DNA of 64,000 nucleotides from a virus (Duplodnaviria; Caudoviricetes): IMG/VR virus record IMGVR_UViG_2636415866_000004, positions 547 to 64,546 of that record; one strand, 5' to 3'. Shown piece by piece: positions 1 to 10,072 of this stretch (position 1 is its first letter; each line of letters starts with the position of its first letter). The notes under the pieces were generated by a model. It saw only the letters and a program-made list of their open reading frames with translations, ran no database searches and was not told where the DNA came from. The position numbers and the translations under genes were made by a program.

Positions 1-336
1 AAAAGAATCTGCAATAATCAATTCATTATTAAATTCTACAATTAGTACTTCATTGTTTAAAAGTAACTTACTTACAAACTCTTGAATAAATTCACTTGAA
101 TTTTGATTTTTGTTAGGTTCAATATTCCAAAGATAGTATTCATCTGAATTCACTTCTTTTTTATTTAAAAAAGTTTTAAACTCACACTTAGCAACGCATG
201 AAGCTATAAGATTAATACCAGTTTGAAGTGCAAATGCATCAATTGCTAAATTAGTACATACACTATCAACTTTTTCATTTAGATATACAGTATTTTTTGA
301 GCCAAAAAAGTCCCTTAAAAAATTAATTATTTTCAA
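1..336 (-). CDS. HK97-family portal protein, N-terminal part (runs off window)
   Basis: TTG at 336 after GGGGGTGA SD; open to base 1; reads ...INLIASCVAKCEFKTF...YYLWNIEPNKNQNSSEFIQ; downstream of terL. Confidence 0.85.
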   Translation of the reverse strand, partial: MKIINFLRDFFGSKNTVYLNEKVDSVCTNLAIDAFALQTGINLIASCVAKCEFKTFLNKKEVNSDEYYLWNIEPNKNQNSSEFIQEFVSKLLLNNEVLIVEFNNELIIADSF

Positions 337-378
337 TCCTTCACCCCCTTTCAGCCCAAAATAAAAAAGCCTTATTAA

Positions 379-663
379 TTAAGGCTTAATTTCTACAACT
401 GATAATATTTTTTCTTTAATTTCATTTCTAATTTTTATTGGAACTTGCTTGTCTACTATAATATCTTTTATAATTTCCAATATATTTTTAAACTTATCAA
501 TATCTTTTATATTTACATCTACTGATAAATATTTGTTTTTATTTATATGAGCATTACCCATAGGTGTTAATGCTCCACTACATTTAACGCATCTTATACC
601 ATCAAGTCTTGATATTGTATAATCTCCACAATCCAAACATTTGTAAGCAATTAAATTATTCAT
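379..663 (-). CDS. small zinc-ribbon hypothetical protein between terL and portal
   Basis: CxxC..CxxC, GGAGG SD. Confidence 0.65.
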   Translation of the reverse strand: MNNLIAYKCLDCGDYTISRLDGIRCVKCSGALTPMGNAHINKNKYLSVDVNIKDIDKFKNILEIIKDIIVDKQVPIKIRNEIKEKILSVVEIKP

Positions 664-676
664 TTTTCAATCCTCC

Positions 677-2329
677 TTAATATGTGTAAACTCCAAAATC
701 TTCATATTCTACTCTTTCTCCACTATCAACTAAATCTACACTTCCGCACATAGCAGCAACAAATGCTTTAAATCCATCTGTTTTACGGCTTTTAGGTTCA
801 ATCTTTCCATAAGTTATATTTCCTGCTTGACTTGTTATCATACAAGTATTGTTTGCATACCATCTCATGAGTGGATTATCACCCCAAATAATATTATGAT
901 TAGCAAATGCACTTGTTATTATTGGTGCAATGAGCATTTCATTTGATGGTCTAGCAAGTCTTATATTATTTGCACCTTTTTTATCTGTATCAAATCCAAC
1001 ATCTCTTAAGGCTTTTGCTAACAATGTATATCTATAATTATCCATCCATAGGGTTGATAAATTATATTCTTGTGCTTTTTGTGCTAACCATAAAGCAGGA
1101 ACATCTGGAGGAATTTCTACGCCTTCTACAAATGTTAATAATCCTTGTTTCTCCCATTCTTGCAAAGGTGCTTTAATTCTAGATAAGTCATTACAGCTTT
1201 CAGATATCCATGAATGAGAAATCCATACATATTTACCCTTCCATTTAAAAAGTAAGCCTGCACAAAGAAAATCTGTAGTTTTCATATAGTCAATTCCAAC
1301 TAAGCAAGTACATCCTTTTAAATCAGGTATTTCTTGATTAGTAGCAAGTATATTTTCCCATGAAGTTACTTCAATATCTTTATTACCTTCTGGAATATTC
1401 ATTCTTTTAGTCATGAATTCGGTATAAAGTTGTGGCTGGAACTTCATGTCTTCATATTCTTGATCCATAACTACTTTTAAATTTTTAAAATATCTTAATG
1501 AAGGATTAGCCTTTTCCCATAATTCTTTATCATCTACTTCTTCTTTACTCTCCAAATGATAAAGTAATGGTAACATTCTACTTGTATTATTTTCGCCCTC
1601 TAGTATTGAATGTGACATTTCTTTATAATCATCAAGTACTCCACCTCTTATATATCCATCTGTAGTTATCATAAACGTTCTGCAATGTTTTTTCTTACCT
1701 AAAGCTGACCTGAATACTTTTATGTTATTGTAATTCTCATATTCATGTATTTCATCAAAAATTACACACGCAGGTCTTAAACCATCTTTAGTACGTGCAT
1801 TAGATGTATTATATTTTATATATGATTTTGTCTTCTTATAAACTATTTTTTCTTTAGTATAATAAAATGCTTTGCTTAACTTCTTATTATTATCAATTAC
1901 ATTGTATACATCTTCAAAACTTGTCTTAGCTTGATTTTCACTATTAGCAACAATATCAACATTGTATTCTTTAATACCATGAAATCCTGTAGTTAAATAC
2001 CATGAAACTGCACTAATAAATCCATTTTTACCTCCACCTCTACCCATATAGAATAAAAAAGTATCCCAAACTAAAGTTTCATCATCATAGTAGCAATGTA
2101 TTAATCCAATGATAAACTGTTCCCACGGAAGAAGCTTGTATTGAAAATATTCTTCAATCTTTTCTATTGCTTTATCAATCATTTCTGATTTTATAATTAC
2201 ATTCGGCTGAGATAATTTTTTTTTAACTAATTTAATGGCTTTTTTTATATCTTCATTAGTAATAACCTTGTTGTTCTCAACAAGATCTATATATTTATCA
2301 ATGTATTTATTAAATATCATAGTTATCAT
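677..2329 (-). CDS. terL: terminase large subunit
   Basis: Walker A MGRGGGKN, Walker B IFDEIHEY, WEKANPSL, C-terminal KTDG nuclease motif. Confidence 0.95.
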   Translation of the reverse strand: MITMIFNKYIDKYIDLVENNKVITNEDIKKAIKLVKKKLSQPNVIIKSEMIDKAIEKIEEYFQYKLLPWEQFIIGLIHCYYDDETLVWDTFLFYMGRGGGKNGFISAVSWYLTTGFHGIKEYNVDIVANSENQAKTSFEDVYNVIDNNKKLSKAFYYTKEKIVYKKTKSYIKYNTSNARTKDGLRPACVIFDEIHEYENYNNIKVFRSALGKKKHCRTFMITTDGYIRGGVLDDYKEMSHSILEGENNTSRMLPLLYHLESKEEVDDKELWEKANPSLRYFKNLKVVMDQEYEDMKFQPQLYTEFMTKRMNIPEGNKDIEVTSWENILATNQEIPDLKGCTCLVGIDYMKTTDFLCAGLLFKWKGKYVWISHSWISESCNDLSRIKAPLQEWEKQGLLTFVEGVEIPPDVPALWLAQKAQEYNLSTLWMDNYRYTLLAKALRDVGFDTDKKGANNIRLARPSNEMLIAPIITSAFANHNIIWGDNPLMRWYANNTCMITSQAGNITYGKIEPKSRKTDGFKAFVAAMCGSVDLVDSGERVEYEDFGVYTY

Positions 2330-2831
2330 CTTCTTGTGGTAGTGGTTTCAATTCTAACTCACTTAATATTTTTAACATTTGTGCACTAGTTTTGTTTAAT
2401 TCTGAAATACTATCATTCTTTTTCTTTCCATGCTGCTTACCATTATTCCAATCTACAGATACACCACGTTCTTTAATATCTTCTATTAATCTATTCTTTA
2501 TATTCCATAAAGACATATAGTCGGAAATTAAATCTTCATAGTGCTTCCCATACGTTCCATTAGATTCTAATTGCTTAAGTAAATCAGCTTTTATTTCATC
2601 AAATAAAATATTTCCCAACTTTTGCACACTTTTTTTAGTGCACACTTTTTTAGTGGTGCAACTTCGTGTCCATTTGTATCTTTTTTTCCAAGATTTAACC
2701 GTATTTAAAGATACATCATATTTATCAGCAATTTTTTGATATGTCATTCCAGAAATATAATCTTCATAAGCTTTTTCACTATTTGTTAAATTTTCTCTTT
2801 CATTCATTTTCACCACCTCTTTTCCTATCAA
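2310..2831 (-). CDS. terS: terminase small subunit (N-terminal HTH plus P27-like domain)
   Basis: IADKYDVSLNTVKSWKKRYKW HTH; KKNDSISELNKTSAQMLKIL; directly upstream of terL; true start probably 2807. Confidence 0.88.
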   Translation of the reverse strand: MIGKEVVKMNERENLTNSEKAYEDYISGMTYQKIADKYDVSLNTVKSWKKRYKWTRSCTTKKVCTKKSVQKLGNILFDEIKADLLKQLESNGTYGKHYEDLISDYMSLWNIKNRLIEDIKERGVSVDWNNGKQHGKKKNDSISELNKTSAQMLKILSELELKPLPQEDDNYDI

Positions 2832-2849
2832 TGCACCCTGTTTTTTATT

Positions 2850-2958
2850 GTGGGTGCACCCCCCCTCATACGAATTATCAAAATACCTGTTTTGTCGACC
2901 CTTACTACCCGTTCTCTTAGGCCTGAAAAAAATCCCATTTTTTTAACCCGGGGGTATC
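2850..2958. other. probable cos/packaging site of prophage 1
   Basis: GC-rich non-coding tract with C/G runs (CCCCCCC, CCCGGGGGTA) between HNH and terS, the usual cos position in HNH-terS phages. Confidence 0.65.
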
Positions 2959-2963
2959 TACAA

Positions 2964-3290
2964 TTACCACCGTTCCTCATTTAACAGCACTTTTGATTTA
3001 AACTTAAACTTGGCTTTTTCAGGATGTAATTCATTATGACACTCTTTGCATACACACATTAGATTGCTTCTAGTTAATGCTAGCTCTGGATGCTTGTTAA
3101 CATGTTTAACATGATGTACTGTTGTTGCTGCACTATATTTACCTTTGGCTTTACACATCTGACATTCTGAATTCTGTTCATCCAACATTTCTTTTCTTAG
3201 ATGTTTCCATGGTGTACTTACATAAAATCCATGAATGTTTTTATCTCTTAGAAGCTTTTGAATCCAATTAACCAATTCTACTCTATCCAT
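2964..3290 (-). CDS. terminase-associated HNH endonuclease
   Basis: CQMC...TVHHVKH...NLMCVCKECHNELH next to terS. Confidence 0.92.
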   Translation of the reverse strand: MDRVELVNWIQKLLRDKNIHGFYVSTPWKHLRKEMLDEQNSECQMCKAKGKYSAATTVHHVKHVNKHPELALTRSNLMCVCKECHNELHPEKAKFKFKSKVLLNEERW

Positions 3291-3625
3291 TGTTTCTCAA
3301 GCTCCAATGATTTCTTTTTAGCTACACTAAGAATAGCATCACGATTCTTTAATAGGTTAGTCACTGAATCAGATAGCTTTCTTATTTCTGATTCGATCCC
3401 CTTACAGCTCTTAATTATATTTCTAACATCTGCATCAGTAATTGATATTACATACTTATGCTTGCATTTAGGACAGATAAAGTATGTTTCTTCTATCTGC
3501 TTGTCTTTATTAATCCAATGCTTTTTAACATTCTTCTCTGATAAGTTAAATTCTTTTTGGCATTTATCACACACCACATTTTGATAAGTATTCATATTGC
3601 TATTTCCTCCTTGATTTATGAACAT
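3278..3625 (-). CDS. phage zinc-binding coiled-coil protein
   Basis: CDKC and CPKC motifs; likely start 3596 after GGAGG. Confidence 0.7.
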   Translation of the reverse strand: MFINQGGNSNMNTYQNVVCDKCQKEFNLSEKNVKKHWINKDKQIEETYFICPKCKHKYVISITDADVRNIIKSCKGIESEIRKLSDSVTNLLKNRDAILSVAKKKSLELEKQWIE

Positions 3626-3776
3626 AAAATAAGCACCTATTAAACTTATAGATGCTTAAATATAAATTATTAAATTTTAAGAGAATACTCTGAATAATTC
3701 GGTTTCTACAATCTTTCCATACTATCATTATAAAACATTCAATTCACCATTAAAACACCATCTTTTTACTATCTCT

Positions 3777-4280
3777 TTACCATTCTATTCTAATTCCATC
3801 CACTCCAAACAATAAAATACCTAGTCTATCTAACATTTGTTTAATCCATCTACTTGGTGTATTCTTTCCAGTATTAAGTTCTTCTGCAATTGTTTCATAG
3901 GATTTACTATTTATATAATACATTTCTAATGCTCTATATCTTTCAATAGTCCCTTCTTTTACTTGTTCCTCTTCTAGCATTTCTAATGCCTTCTCAATAT
4001 GTGAAGTCATTATAAGTGTTTTCGCTTTACTCTGTTTTATACTTAATATAAATAATTCATCACATTGATTTTCCTTTAGATCTAAATCTACTATACCTTG
4101 TACATCATTTATATCTGCAATTGAGTAATCAATATGTTTCTTGAAATCATTATAATTTTCCATAAGCAATTTAGTATTTCTAAATGATTTTTGTTTAAAT
4201 TTATTCTTTTGCTTACTATCATACTTTTTAATTGCCTTTTCTATTATTTCTTCCACTGTTAATTCATTTATACATTCCAT
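3777..4280 (-). CDS. late transcriptional activator (RinA/ArpU-like, sigma region-4 HTH)
   Basis: C-terminal YETIAEELN..TPSRW..L.ILLFG; last gene before the packaging module. Confidence 0.75.
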   Translation of the reverse strand: MECINELTVEEIIEKAIKKYDSKQKNKFKQKSFRNTKLLMENYNDFKKHIDYSIADINDVQGIVDLDLKENQCDELFILSIKQSKAKTLIMTSHIEKALEMLEEEQVKEGTIERYRALEMYYINSKSYETIAEELNTGKNTPSRWIKQMLDRLGILLFGVDGIRIEW

Positions 4281-4343
4281 TCTTATTCCTCCTGTTATTG
4301 TTACTTATACTAGTTAATATATTAGTATTGCGAATTACTTAGG

Positions 4344-4520
4344 TTAAATTACTAATTCAATTTTTCTATGAGAATTTGCTTTTATAATTTTATCTGCAAA
4401 TTTCTGAGCCTTTTCTTCCGTAGTAAAATCTTTTGCACTCTCTCTGATAAGTGTTCTTCCTGGATCTCCATCCCAAGGTGCAATCCAACAATCATGGTCA
4501 CTAAATTTTAATATAAACAT
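4344..4520 (-). CDS. 58-aa accessory protein (below ORF-track cutoff)
   Basis: AAGGAG SD; MFILKFSDHDCWIAPWDGDPGRTLIRESAKDF... Confidence 0.65.
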   Translation of the reverse strand: MFILKFSDHDCWIAPWDGDPGRTLIRESAKDFTTEEKAQKFADKIIKANSHRKIELVI

Positions 4521-4608
4521 ATATTCCGCTCCTTTTAATTTACATATTTAAATATAATATATATTCTCCATTTGACCTAACATATGGTAAAGTATTGTTA
4601 GAAAGGAG

Positions 4609-5271
4609 GTGCTTATTATGTTAGAAAACTTAAAATTAAATATTTCTGTTGATTCATTAATAAAAATAATTACTGTTTTAATTACTGTTATATCTACTTA
4701 TTTAGTTGCTAAATATAATTCAAATACTCCACGTAAATTAGAAATTAAGCAAAAACAATTTGAAAAAGTATATCTTCCAATTTATAAAATATTATTACCT
4801 GATTTGGGATATAATATCGAAAAAAGCATTGCAATAGATTACGTTAATAAAATACATCCTATTTTGTGGGATAACTATGAATTTGCTTATCCTCAACTGC
4901 ATAAATTATTTAATGATTTTACTTTTTCCCTTGATTTAAATGATGATTATCAAGAAATATTTAATAAAATTTGTTATCAAGTCAAACTAGATTATGATTT
5001 ATTAAAAAAGTCTCTTGGATACCCTTCTGAAAGCTTTTTGGGTATATTTATAAGAATGAATATTGATGATAAATTCAATGAAATATTCGGTTGGGTAAAT
5101 ATATTTTTTCTGTTAAACCCTATTATTTTAATTTTTACAGACAAAATCCCATTTGTTAATCAAAATTATCTCAAACTTGTACTATTTAATTATTTATTTT
5201 TATCAATACTTCTTTTTTGGGAGGCACATATAAACAAAGTCCCTATTTTTTTAAAACATAAACAGAAATAA
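4609..5271 (+). CDS. moron membrane protein (about 3 TM), opposite strand
   Basis: AGGAGG SD, hydrophobic segments at both ends, very AT-rich. Confidence 0.75.
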   Translation: MLIMLENLKLNISVDSLIKIITVLITVISTYLVAKYNSNTPRKLEIKQKQFEKVYLPIYKILLPDLGYNIEKSIAIDYVNKIHPILWDNYEFAYPQLHKLFNDFTFSLDLNDDYQEIFNKICYQVKLDYDLLKKSLGYPSESFLGIFIRMNIDDKFNEIFGWVNIFFLLNPIILIFTDKIPFVNQNYLKLVLFNYLFLSILLFWEAHINKVPIFLKHKQK

Positions 5272-5402
5272 TCCAACTATATAAATAATCAATGCTTCAA
5301 CATATCCAATTCTTTCTGAAATATATATATATGTACAAGTTACATATATTGTTATAAGTAAAACTCTAATATTAATTTTCATATCCTAAATCCTCTTTTT
5401 CT

Positions 5403-5427
5403 GCTCTTGAACTAGAACTTCAAGAGC
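5403..5427. terminator. hairpin between convergent genes
   Basis: GCTCTTGAA-N7-TTCAAGAGC. Confidence 0.6.
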
Positions 5428-5554
5428 AGCTCCTTCAATATCATAATATTTAATATTTTCCATCGTTTTTGCCTTATTTAGCGTTTATGCTTTTTAACAC
5501 TTTTAATCTATTTATTTTACTTAATCATTTCTACATAACATAAACTAATATTTT

Positions 5555-5857
5555 TTAATTTCTTATTCCGGTACCATTGCAATATTTGCATTTAACTTCT
5601 TTGTTTTTACCTATAACCGAACCATTGCTTATAATCACACTTTGCATAGCCTTTAATTTTCCACTTCCAAAACAATAGGAGCAAATATTAATTTCTTTCA
5701 ATGGTTTAATTGTAATATCCATTACCTCACTTCCTTCACATTTTTTACATCTTGCCGACCTCGACAACTCATTTAATCTAAGAATTATGCATTTAAGTGA
5801 AAAATAAAATACACAATGTAAGGCTATAAAACCTATAATTTTAAATATATCTAACAT
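5555..5857 (-). CDS. accessory protein with DnaJ-type CxxCxGxG repeats
   Basis: CSYCFGSG, CKYCNGTG. Confidence 0.55.
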   Translation of the reverse strand: MLDIFKIIGFIALHCVFYFSLKCIILRLNELSRSARCKKCEGSEVMDITIKPLKEINICSYCFGSGKLKAMQSVIISNGSVIGKNKEVKCKYCNGTGIRN

Positions 5858-5894
5858 ATCCTATCCTATCTTTATCCTTTTTACATATTCTGAA

Positions 5895-6188
5895 CTATTC
5901 TTCTATATACTTTTTACCTATTTCTGCATAATCAATTTTAGGCTTAAGCATATTACACACATCATATAATGAAGTCAAATAATCACTTCTGTCATTAAAA
6001 TAAACAGCATTATTAGCTATTGCAAAAGCCTTTTCTATTCTTTCAGAAATTGTTAATCTCTCATTTTCTACTATGTGAAGTCCTCTGCTACTTGGTTGTT
6101 CAGATATCCATTCTTCAGCTTGTCGTTTATCTTGAAAGGATATATAAATTCCTATTTCTTCTTTATCCATAATGTCATAAAATTTCAT
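5895..6188 (-). CDS. accessory hypothetical protein
   Basis: GAGGTGA SD. Confidence 0.75.
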   Translation of the reverse strand: MKFYDIMDKEEIGIYISFQDKRQAEEWISEQPSSRGLHIVENERLTISERIEKAFAIANNAVYFNDRSDYLTSLYDVCNMLKPKIDYAEIGKKYIEE

Positions 6189-6224
6189 ATTATCACCTCA
6201 AATTTAAAATTGTAGTATTGTGTA

Positions 6225-6599
6225 TTAATTTTCATACCAATCTGCATTTAATATCTTTTCAGCAACCCACTCTTTTGAAAGATTTGGTCTCCCACCATAA
6301 TTACATCTTATTTCAATTTCACTACCCCAAAATAAAATCCCCCTATATGCCAAAGGACTATTCGCTAAAATTGCCTTTATAACCTTATTACTATTGTTAT
6401 CATCATATTCTTTTCTATCTTCTTCCGAAAGCCATACCCAGACACCTTCTCCATTTAATTTATCAAGATTATCAATTTCTTGTAAATTAGCTTTCCTCAT
6501 ACCACTATTAAACTCTTCCTCTGAAAGTTGTTGCAAAAATTCTCCTTTATATACCATACCTCTTGATTCTACTAAGTTTTTAACTTCATTCATATCCAT
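6225..6599 (-). CDS. accessory hypothetical protein
   Basis: GAGGT SD, acidic globular sequence. Confidence 0.75.
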   Translation of the reverse strand: MDMNEVKNLVESRGMVYKGEFLQQLSEEEFNSGMRKANLQEIDNLDKLNGEGVWVWLSEEDRKEYDDNNSNKVIKAILANSPLAYRGILFWGSEIEIRCNYGGRPNLSKEWVAEKILNADWYEN

Positions 6600-6653
6600 T
6601 TTATTTACCTCATTTCTAAATTTAATACATCATATCTACATATTATAATTAAC

Positions 6654-6983
6654 CTATTTTTTAAATCCATTAATGCTTAAATTTAAAGCATCGTCTCCAA
6701 TATCACTCTTTTTATTACTTTTAATGCATTTTTCAAGGGCAGTTTGAAAAGTACCACCCTTATACTCTGCTAATGGCTCTAATACATTAAACAGATCATC
6801 CACTTCTTTTATCTTTAATTCTTTTCGCCTTTCATGAAAAGAATCAACTGTTAGCATCTCTTCTATATGACTTTTAAAATCATATAGACATTCACATAAA
6901 GTCCTTACCTGGGATATAGATAAATCTATTTGCATCCAACTTACTCTCCTTATTTTTAATATAAAATTATTAATACTAAACAT
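6654..6983 (-). CDS. accessory hypothetical protein (likely start 6935)
   Basis: AGGAG SD before MQIDLS. Confidence 0.7.
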   Translation of the reverse strand: MFSINNFILKIRRVSWMQIDLSISQVRTLCECLYDFKSHIEEMLTVDSFHERRKELKIKEVDDLFNVLEPLAEYKGGTFQTALEKCIKSNKKSDIGDDALNLSINGFKK

Positions 6984-7162
6984 ACTAAAATTGAAACTAT
7001 AATTTTAATTCGGTCTTTTGTTTGCATTTTATTTGTCACAGTAAATATATTAAAAACTGTTACAGACATAATTATATAAAATAACATTGTTGCTAAAATT
7101 CTAAATTCTTTATATATTGTAAAGTATTCTCCATGTCTCATTATCCTTACCTCTTCTAACAA
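6956..7162 (-). CDS. small 2-TM membrane protein
   Basis: two hydrophobic helices. Confidence 0.6.
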   Translation of the reverse strand: MLEEVRIMRHGEYFTIYKEFRILATMLFYIIMSVTVFNIFTVTNKMQTKDRIKIIVSILVCLVLIILY

Positions 7163-7330
7163 TTACTTTTTAGTCTTTACATAACTATCATTTGTTTTTA
7201 CATATCCTATTTCATTAAATACCTTTTCTAATGCTTCCTTTATTCCTATCCCTTCCTTTTCATGTAGCTCTTGAACTTTAGGCTGTATTATTTCAACTAT
7301 ATCTTTTATTACTGCCACTTTTATCACCTC

Positions 7331-7675
7331 TTATGAATTATTTAGTTCTACTCTTTGCCATGTTAATAAACTTCTTAAACATTCCAACTCTAATCTTTTA
7401 TTTCTTAATGCTTCTTGGCAAACACTATATTTATTCTCTGCCAAACCTCTTCTTAATCTTAAGTCGCTTATTCTTTTATCTCCCCTAGCAACATCATTAA
7501 TTATTGTTGTAGTACATTTTTCTAATCTTAATTCTAATAATTTTTTACTAAGTTCAATTCTATATTGCTGCTCTGTATATTCTTTTTCTCTTCCATATTT
7601 AAATAACTTAGCATTTAAATTACTTAACTCTTCCTGTGCCTTTCTGATTGTATCCATTATCTCCTGTGGATTCAT
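7331..7675 (-). CDS. conserved phage coiled-coil protein
   Basis: GAGGTGA SD, helical heptad pattern, follows ssb. Confidence 0.75.
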   Translation of the reverse strand: MNPQEIMDTIRKAQEELSNLNAKLFKYGREKEYTEQQYRIELSKKLLELRLEKCTTTIINDVARGDKRISDLRLRRGLAENKYSVCQEALRNKRLELECLRSLLTWQRVELNNS

Positions 7676-7687
7676 TCTTCACCTCTT

Positions 7688-8113
7688 CTAAAATGGTGAA
7701 TCACTATAATCTACTGGTGTTATATCTTCCTCATAATCTTGATTCATATCTGAAAAGTTATTAGATCCTTGATAATCTTGATTATAAGCATTAGGTTTTG
7801 ACCCCATAAATTCTACGCTATCAACTACAGCTTCTAATGTATAGTGCGTTACTCCATCTTTTGTATAACTTCCACTTTGTGTATGAGTTTCTAATTGTAT
7901 TCCCTGCCCTTTTTCAAAGTTATTTGCTATAAATTCTGCTTGTACACCAAATGCTACAAATGGTATAAAATCACTATTATATTTACCAGTAGTTTTATTT
8001 TTAATCTTTCTTCTTACTGCAATAGTATTTTTTAATACTGCTACACCACTTCCTTGAACATATGTTAAATTAATATCTCTGACTATATTTCCTGTATATA
8101 TTGCTTTATTCAT
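7688..8113 (-). CDS. ssb: single-stranded DNA-binding protein
   Basis: MNKAIYTGNIVRD, DFIPFVAFG, acidic tail ending SPF. Confidence 0.92.
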   Translation of the reverse strand: MNKAIYTGNIVRDINLTYVQGSGVAVLKNTIAVRRKIKNKTTGKYNSDFIPFVAFGVQAEFIANNFEKGQGIQLETHTQSGSYTKDGVTHYTLEAVVDSVEFMGSKPNAYNQDYQGSNNFSDMNQDYEEDITPVDYSDSPF

Positions 8114-8122
8114 TTCTTCCTC

Positions 8123-9112
8123 CTAAATTTGTTGATTAAGCCATTTTTTACATACTTCATGTTTATTTGTTCCTTTACATTCTAGTGCTAAATCACACAA
8201 TCCAGCACACCCATTACCGCCACCCAATCCAATGCATCTATCACATAAAAACGTTGCGTATTCATCTATATTTAGTTCTTTAATAAAATCAATCATTTTT
8301 CTATTTAAATAACTCGGTACTTTCTGTTCAACTATTTCTCCAGTTTTAACATCAACGGCAACCACTTCTTTTTCATTTGTTTTGGTGTCCGAAATGGACA
8401 CATTTTTATCTTTTATATCTCTAGACTTAACAACTTCTCCGTTAGAAATCTTTTTAGCAATTTCTTGTTGATCCGCTTCTGGTAACTTGCTAGCTTCATA
8501 AGCTCCTGTTATTCCTAAGTCACCATTTTTAAATTGCTCTTTAATCTCTTCTGTTAAATTTTTAGCTATGCTCTCCATTCTAGCTACTTGAGTTGCAGAT
8601 GTATTTAATATATCTGCAACAATTTCTCTAACTCTTCCTGGTAATTTTTCTTTCTTTTTATACTCAACAAGCAGCTCTTTTAATTTCTCTGCTTGTTGAG
8701 TTTTTTCCCAATCTGTCAATTGCCTTGATGTAGAATTAGTTATTAATAATAATAGTTTGTCTTTTATAGAATCTTCTTCACTTTCTATCTTACATGGTGC
8801 ATATCTAAATTGTTCTTTACCTTCTCCATATAGCCTTTTTAATGCTAAATACCTTCTATGCCCTGCTATTATTTCATACTTATCATTTTTTATTTTTTTA
8901 ACAACTAGATTTTGTTGAACTCCAAATATCTCAATAGAATCTTTTAATTCTTTTAAATCCTCTTCTTTTGTAGAGTAAAAATTTTCTTCTGATGGAACTA
9001 AATCATCAATATCTATTTGACTAGTTCTAAATTTAATAGATTTTTCTATATTATTTATTTTGCTATCTTTAGAGTTATTGTTTAATAAATCTAGCATATT
9101 AAACTTAGCCAT
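8123..9112 (-). CDS. parB: ParB-family partition protein
   Basis: IAGHRR ParB box, HTH region, Cys-rich C-terminus; coupled to parA. Confidence 0.9.
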   Translation of the reverse strand: MAKFNMLDLLNNNSKDSKINNIEKSIKFRTSQIDIDDLVPSEENFYSTKEEDLKELKDSIEIFGVQQNLVVKKIKNDKYEIIAGHRRYLALKRLYGEGKEQFRYAPCKIESEEDSIKDKLLLLITNSTSRQLTDWEKTQQAEKLKELLVEYKKKEKLPGRVREIVADILNTSATQVARMESIAKNLTEEIKEQFKNGDLGITGAYEASKLPEADQQEIAKKISNGEVVKSRDIKDKNVSISDTKTNEKEVVAVDVKTGEIVEQKVPSYLNRKMIDFIKELNIDEYATFLCDRCIGLGGGNGCAGLCDLALECKGTNKHEVCKKWLNQQI

Positions 9113-9122
9113 ATCATTCCCC

Positions 9123-9887
9123 CTACTCTACTGTATCTAAATATTCCTCCACTAAGTCAATATAATCTCGTGCAGCTCCACAACTTTTTGAATACTCTAC
9201 TATAGGTAAATTAGCAAATGTACTTTCATCTACTTTTACCGTTCTTCTAATATGTGTTCTAAACATTGGGTATTCATCATTATTATTTAATAACTTTTCC
9301 CCTTGTGTATTAACCTTATTTCTAGCAAATTGAGTTACAAAACATCCTTTTAGTGTTAGTTCAGAATTCATTTCTTTTGCATTTTCTATTTGTTCTATAA
9401 GTTCTTCCATCCCATCAAATGCGAACTGATCTATTTTAATAGGAATGAGAACATCATTTGATGAAACTAATGCATTAATAACACTAATATTTATATCTGG
9501 AGGATTATCTATAATGCAATAATCATATTCCTCTTCTATCTGTTTTAACGCTTTTCTTAACCTATATTGCTGTGGTCGTCCAACATCCATAATCACATCT
9601 AAGTTAGCTTTAAGTAGATGCATATTTGCTGGTATTAAATCTAAATTTTCATATTGTGTTGGAACAATAACATCTTCTATATAAATGTTTTTATCTGTCA
9701 TAACATTAGCAATACTTAGTTCATCTGCATCATGCATATTAAAAAACTTTGTTGTATTACCCTGTTTATCATTATCAATAAGTAAAACCTTCTTATTGTG
9801 AACTGTTGCTAATATATGTGCTATATTTATGCTACTTATTGTTTTAGCAACTCCACCTTTTAAATTAATAATTGAAATAACTCTCAC
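9123..9887 (-). CDS. parA: ParA/Soj ATPase
   Basis: NLKGGVAKT deviant Walker A, IDNDKQGN, IIDNPP. Confidence 0.93.
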   Translation of the reverse strand: MRVISIINLKGGVAKTISSINIAHILATVHNKKVLLIDNDKQGNTTKFFNMHDADELSIANVMTDKNIYIEDVIVPTQYENLDLIPANMHLLKANLDVIMDVGRPQQYRLRKALKQIEEEYDYCIIDNPPDINISVINALVSSNDVLIPIKIDQFAFDGMEELIEQIENAKEMNSELTLKGCFVTQFARNKVNTQGEKLLNNNDEYPMFRTHIRRTVKVDESTFANLPIVEYSKSCGAARDYIDLVEEYLDTVE

Positions 9888-10072
9888 GCCTTACACCTCT
9901 TCTCATAATTAATATCTTCCATACCCTAATCTTTTTTGTATTCTTCTTCTATTTTCTACACAATGAATTATTGCTTGTTTTCTTCCTTCACTTTCAGCTT
10001 TTTTTCTTCTATTTATATCTTCAACTGTTCTTAGCGTTAATTCATGTGGTGTCATTTTCTTATATTTCATCT

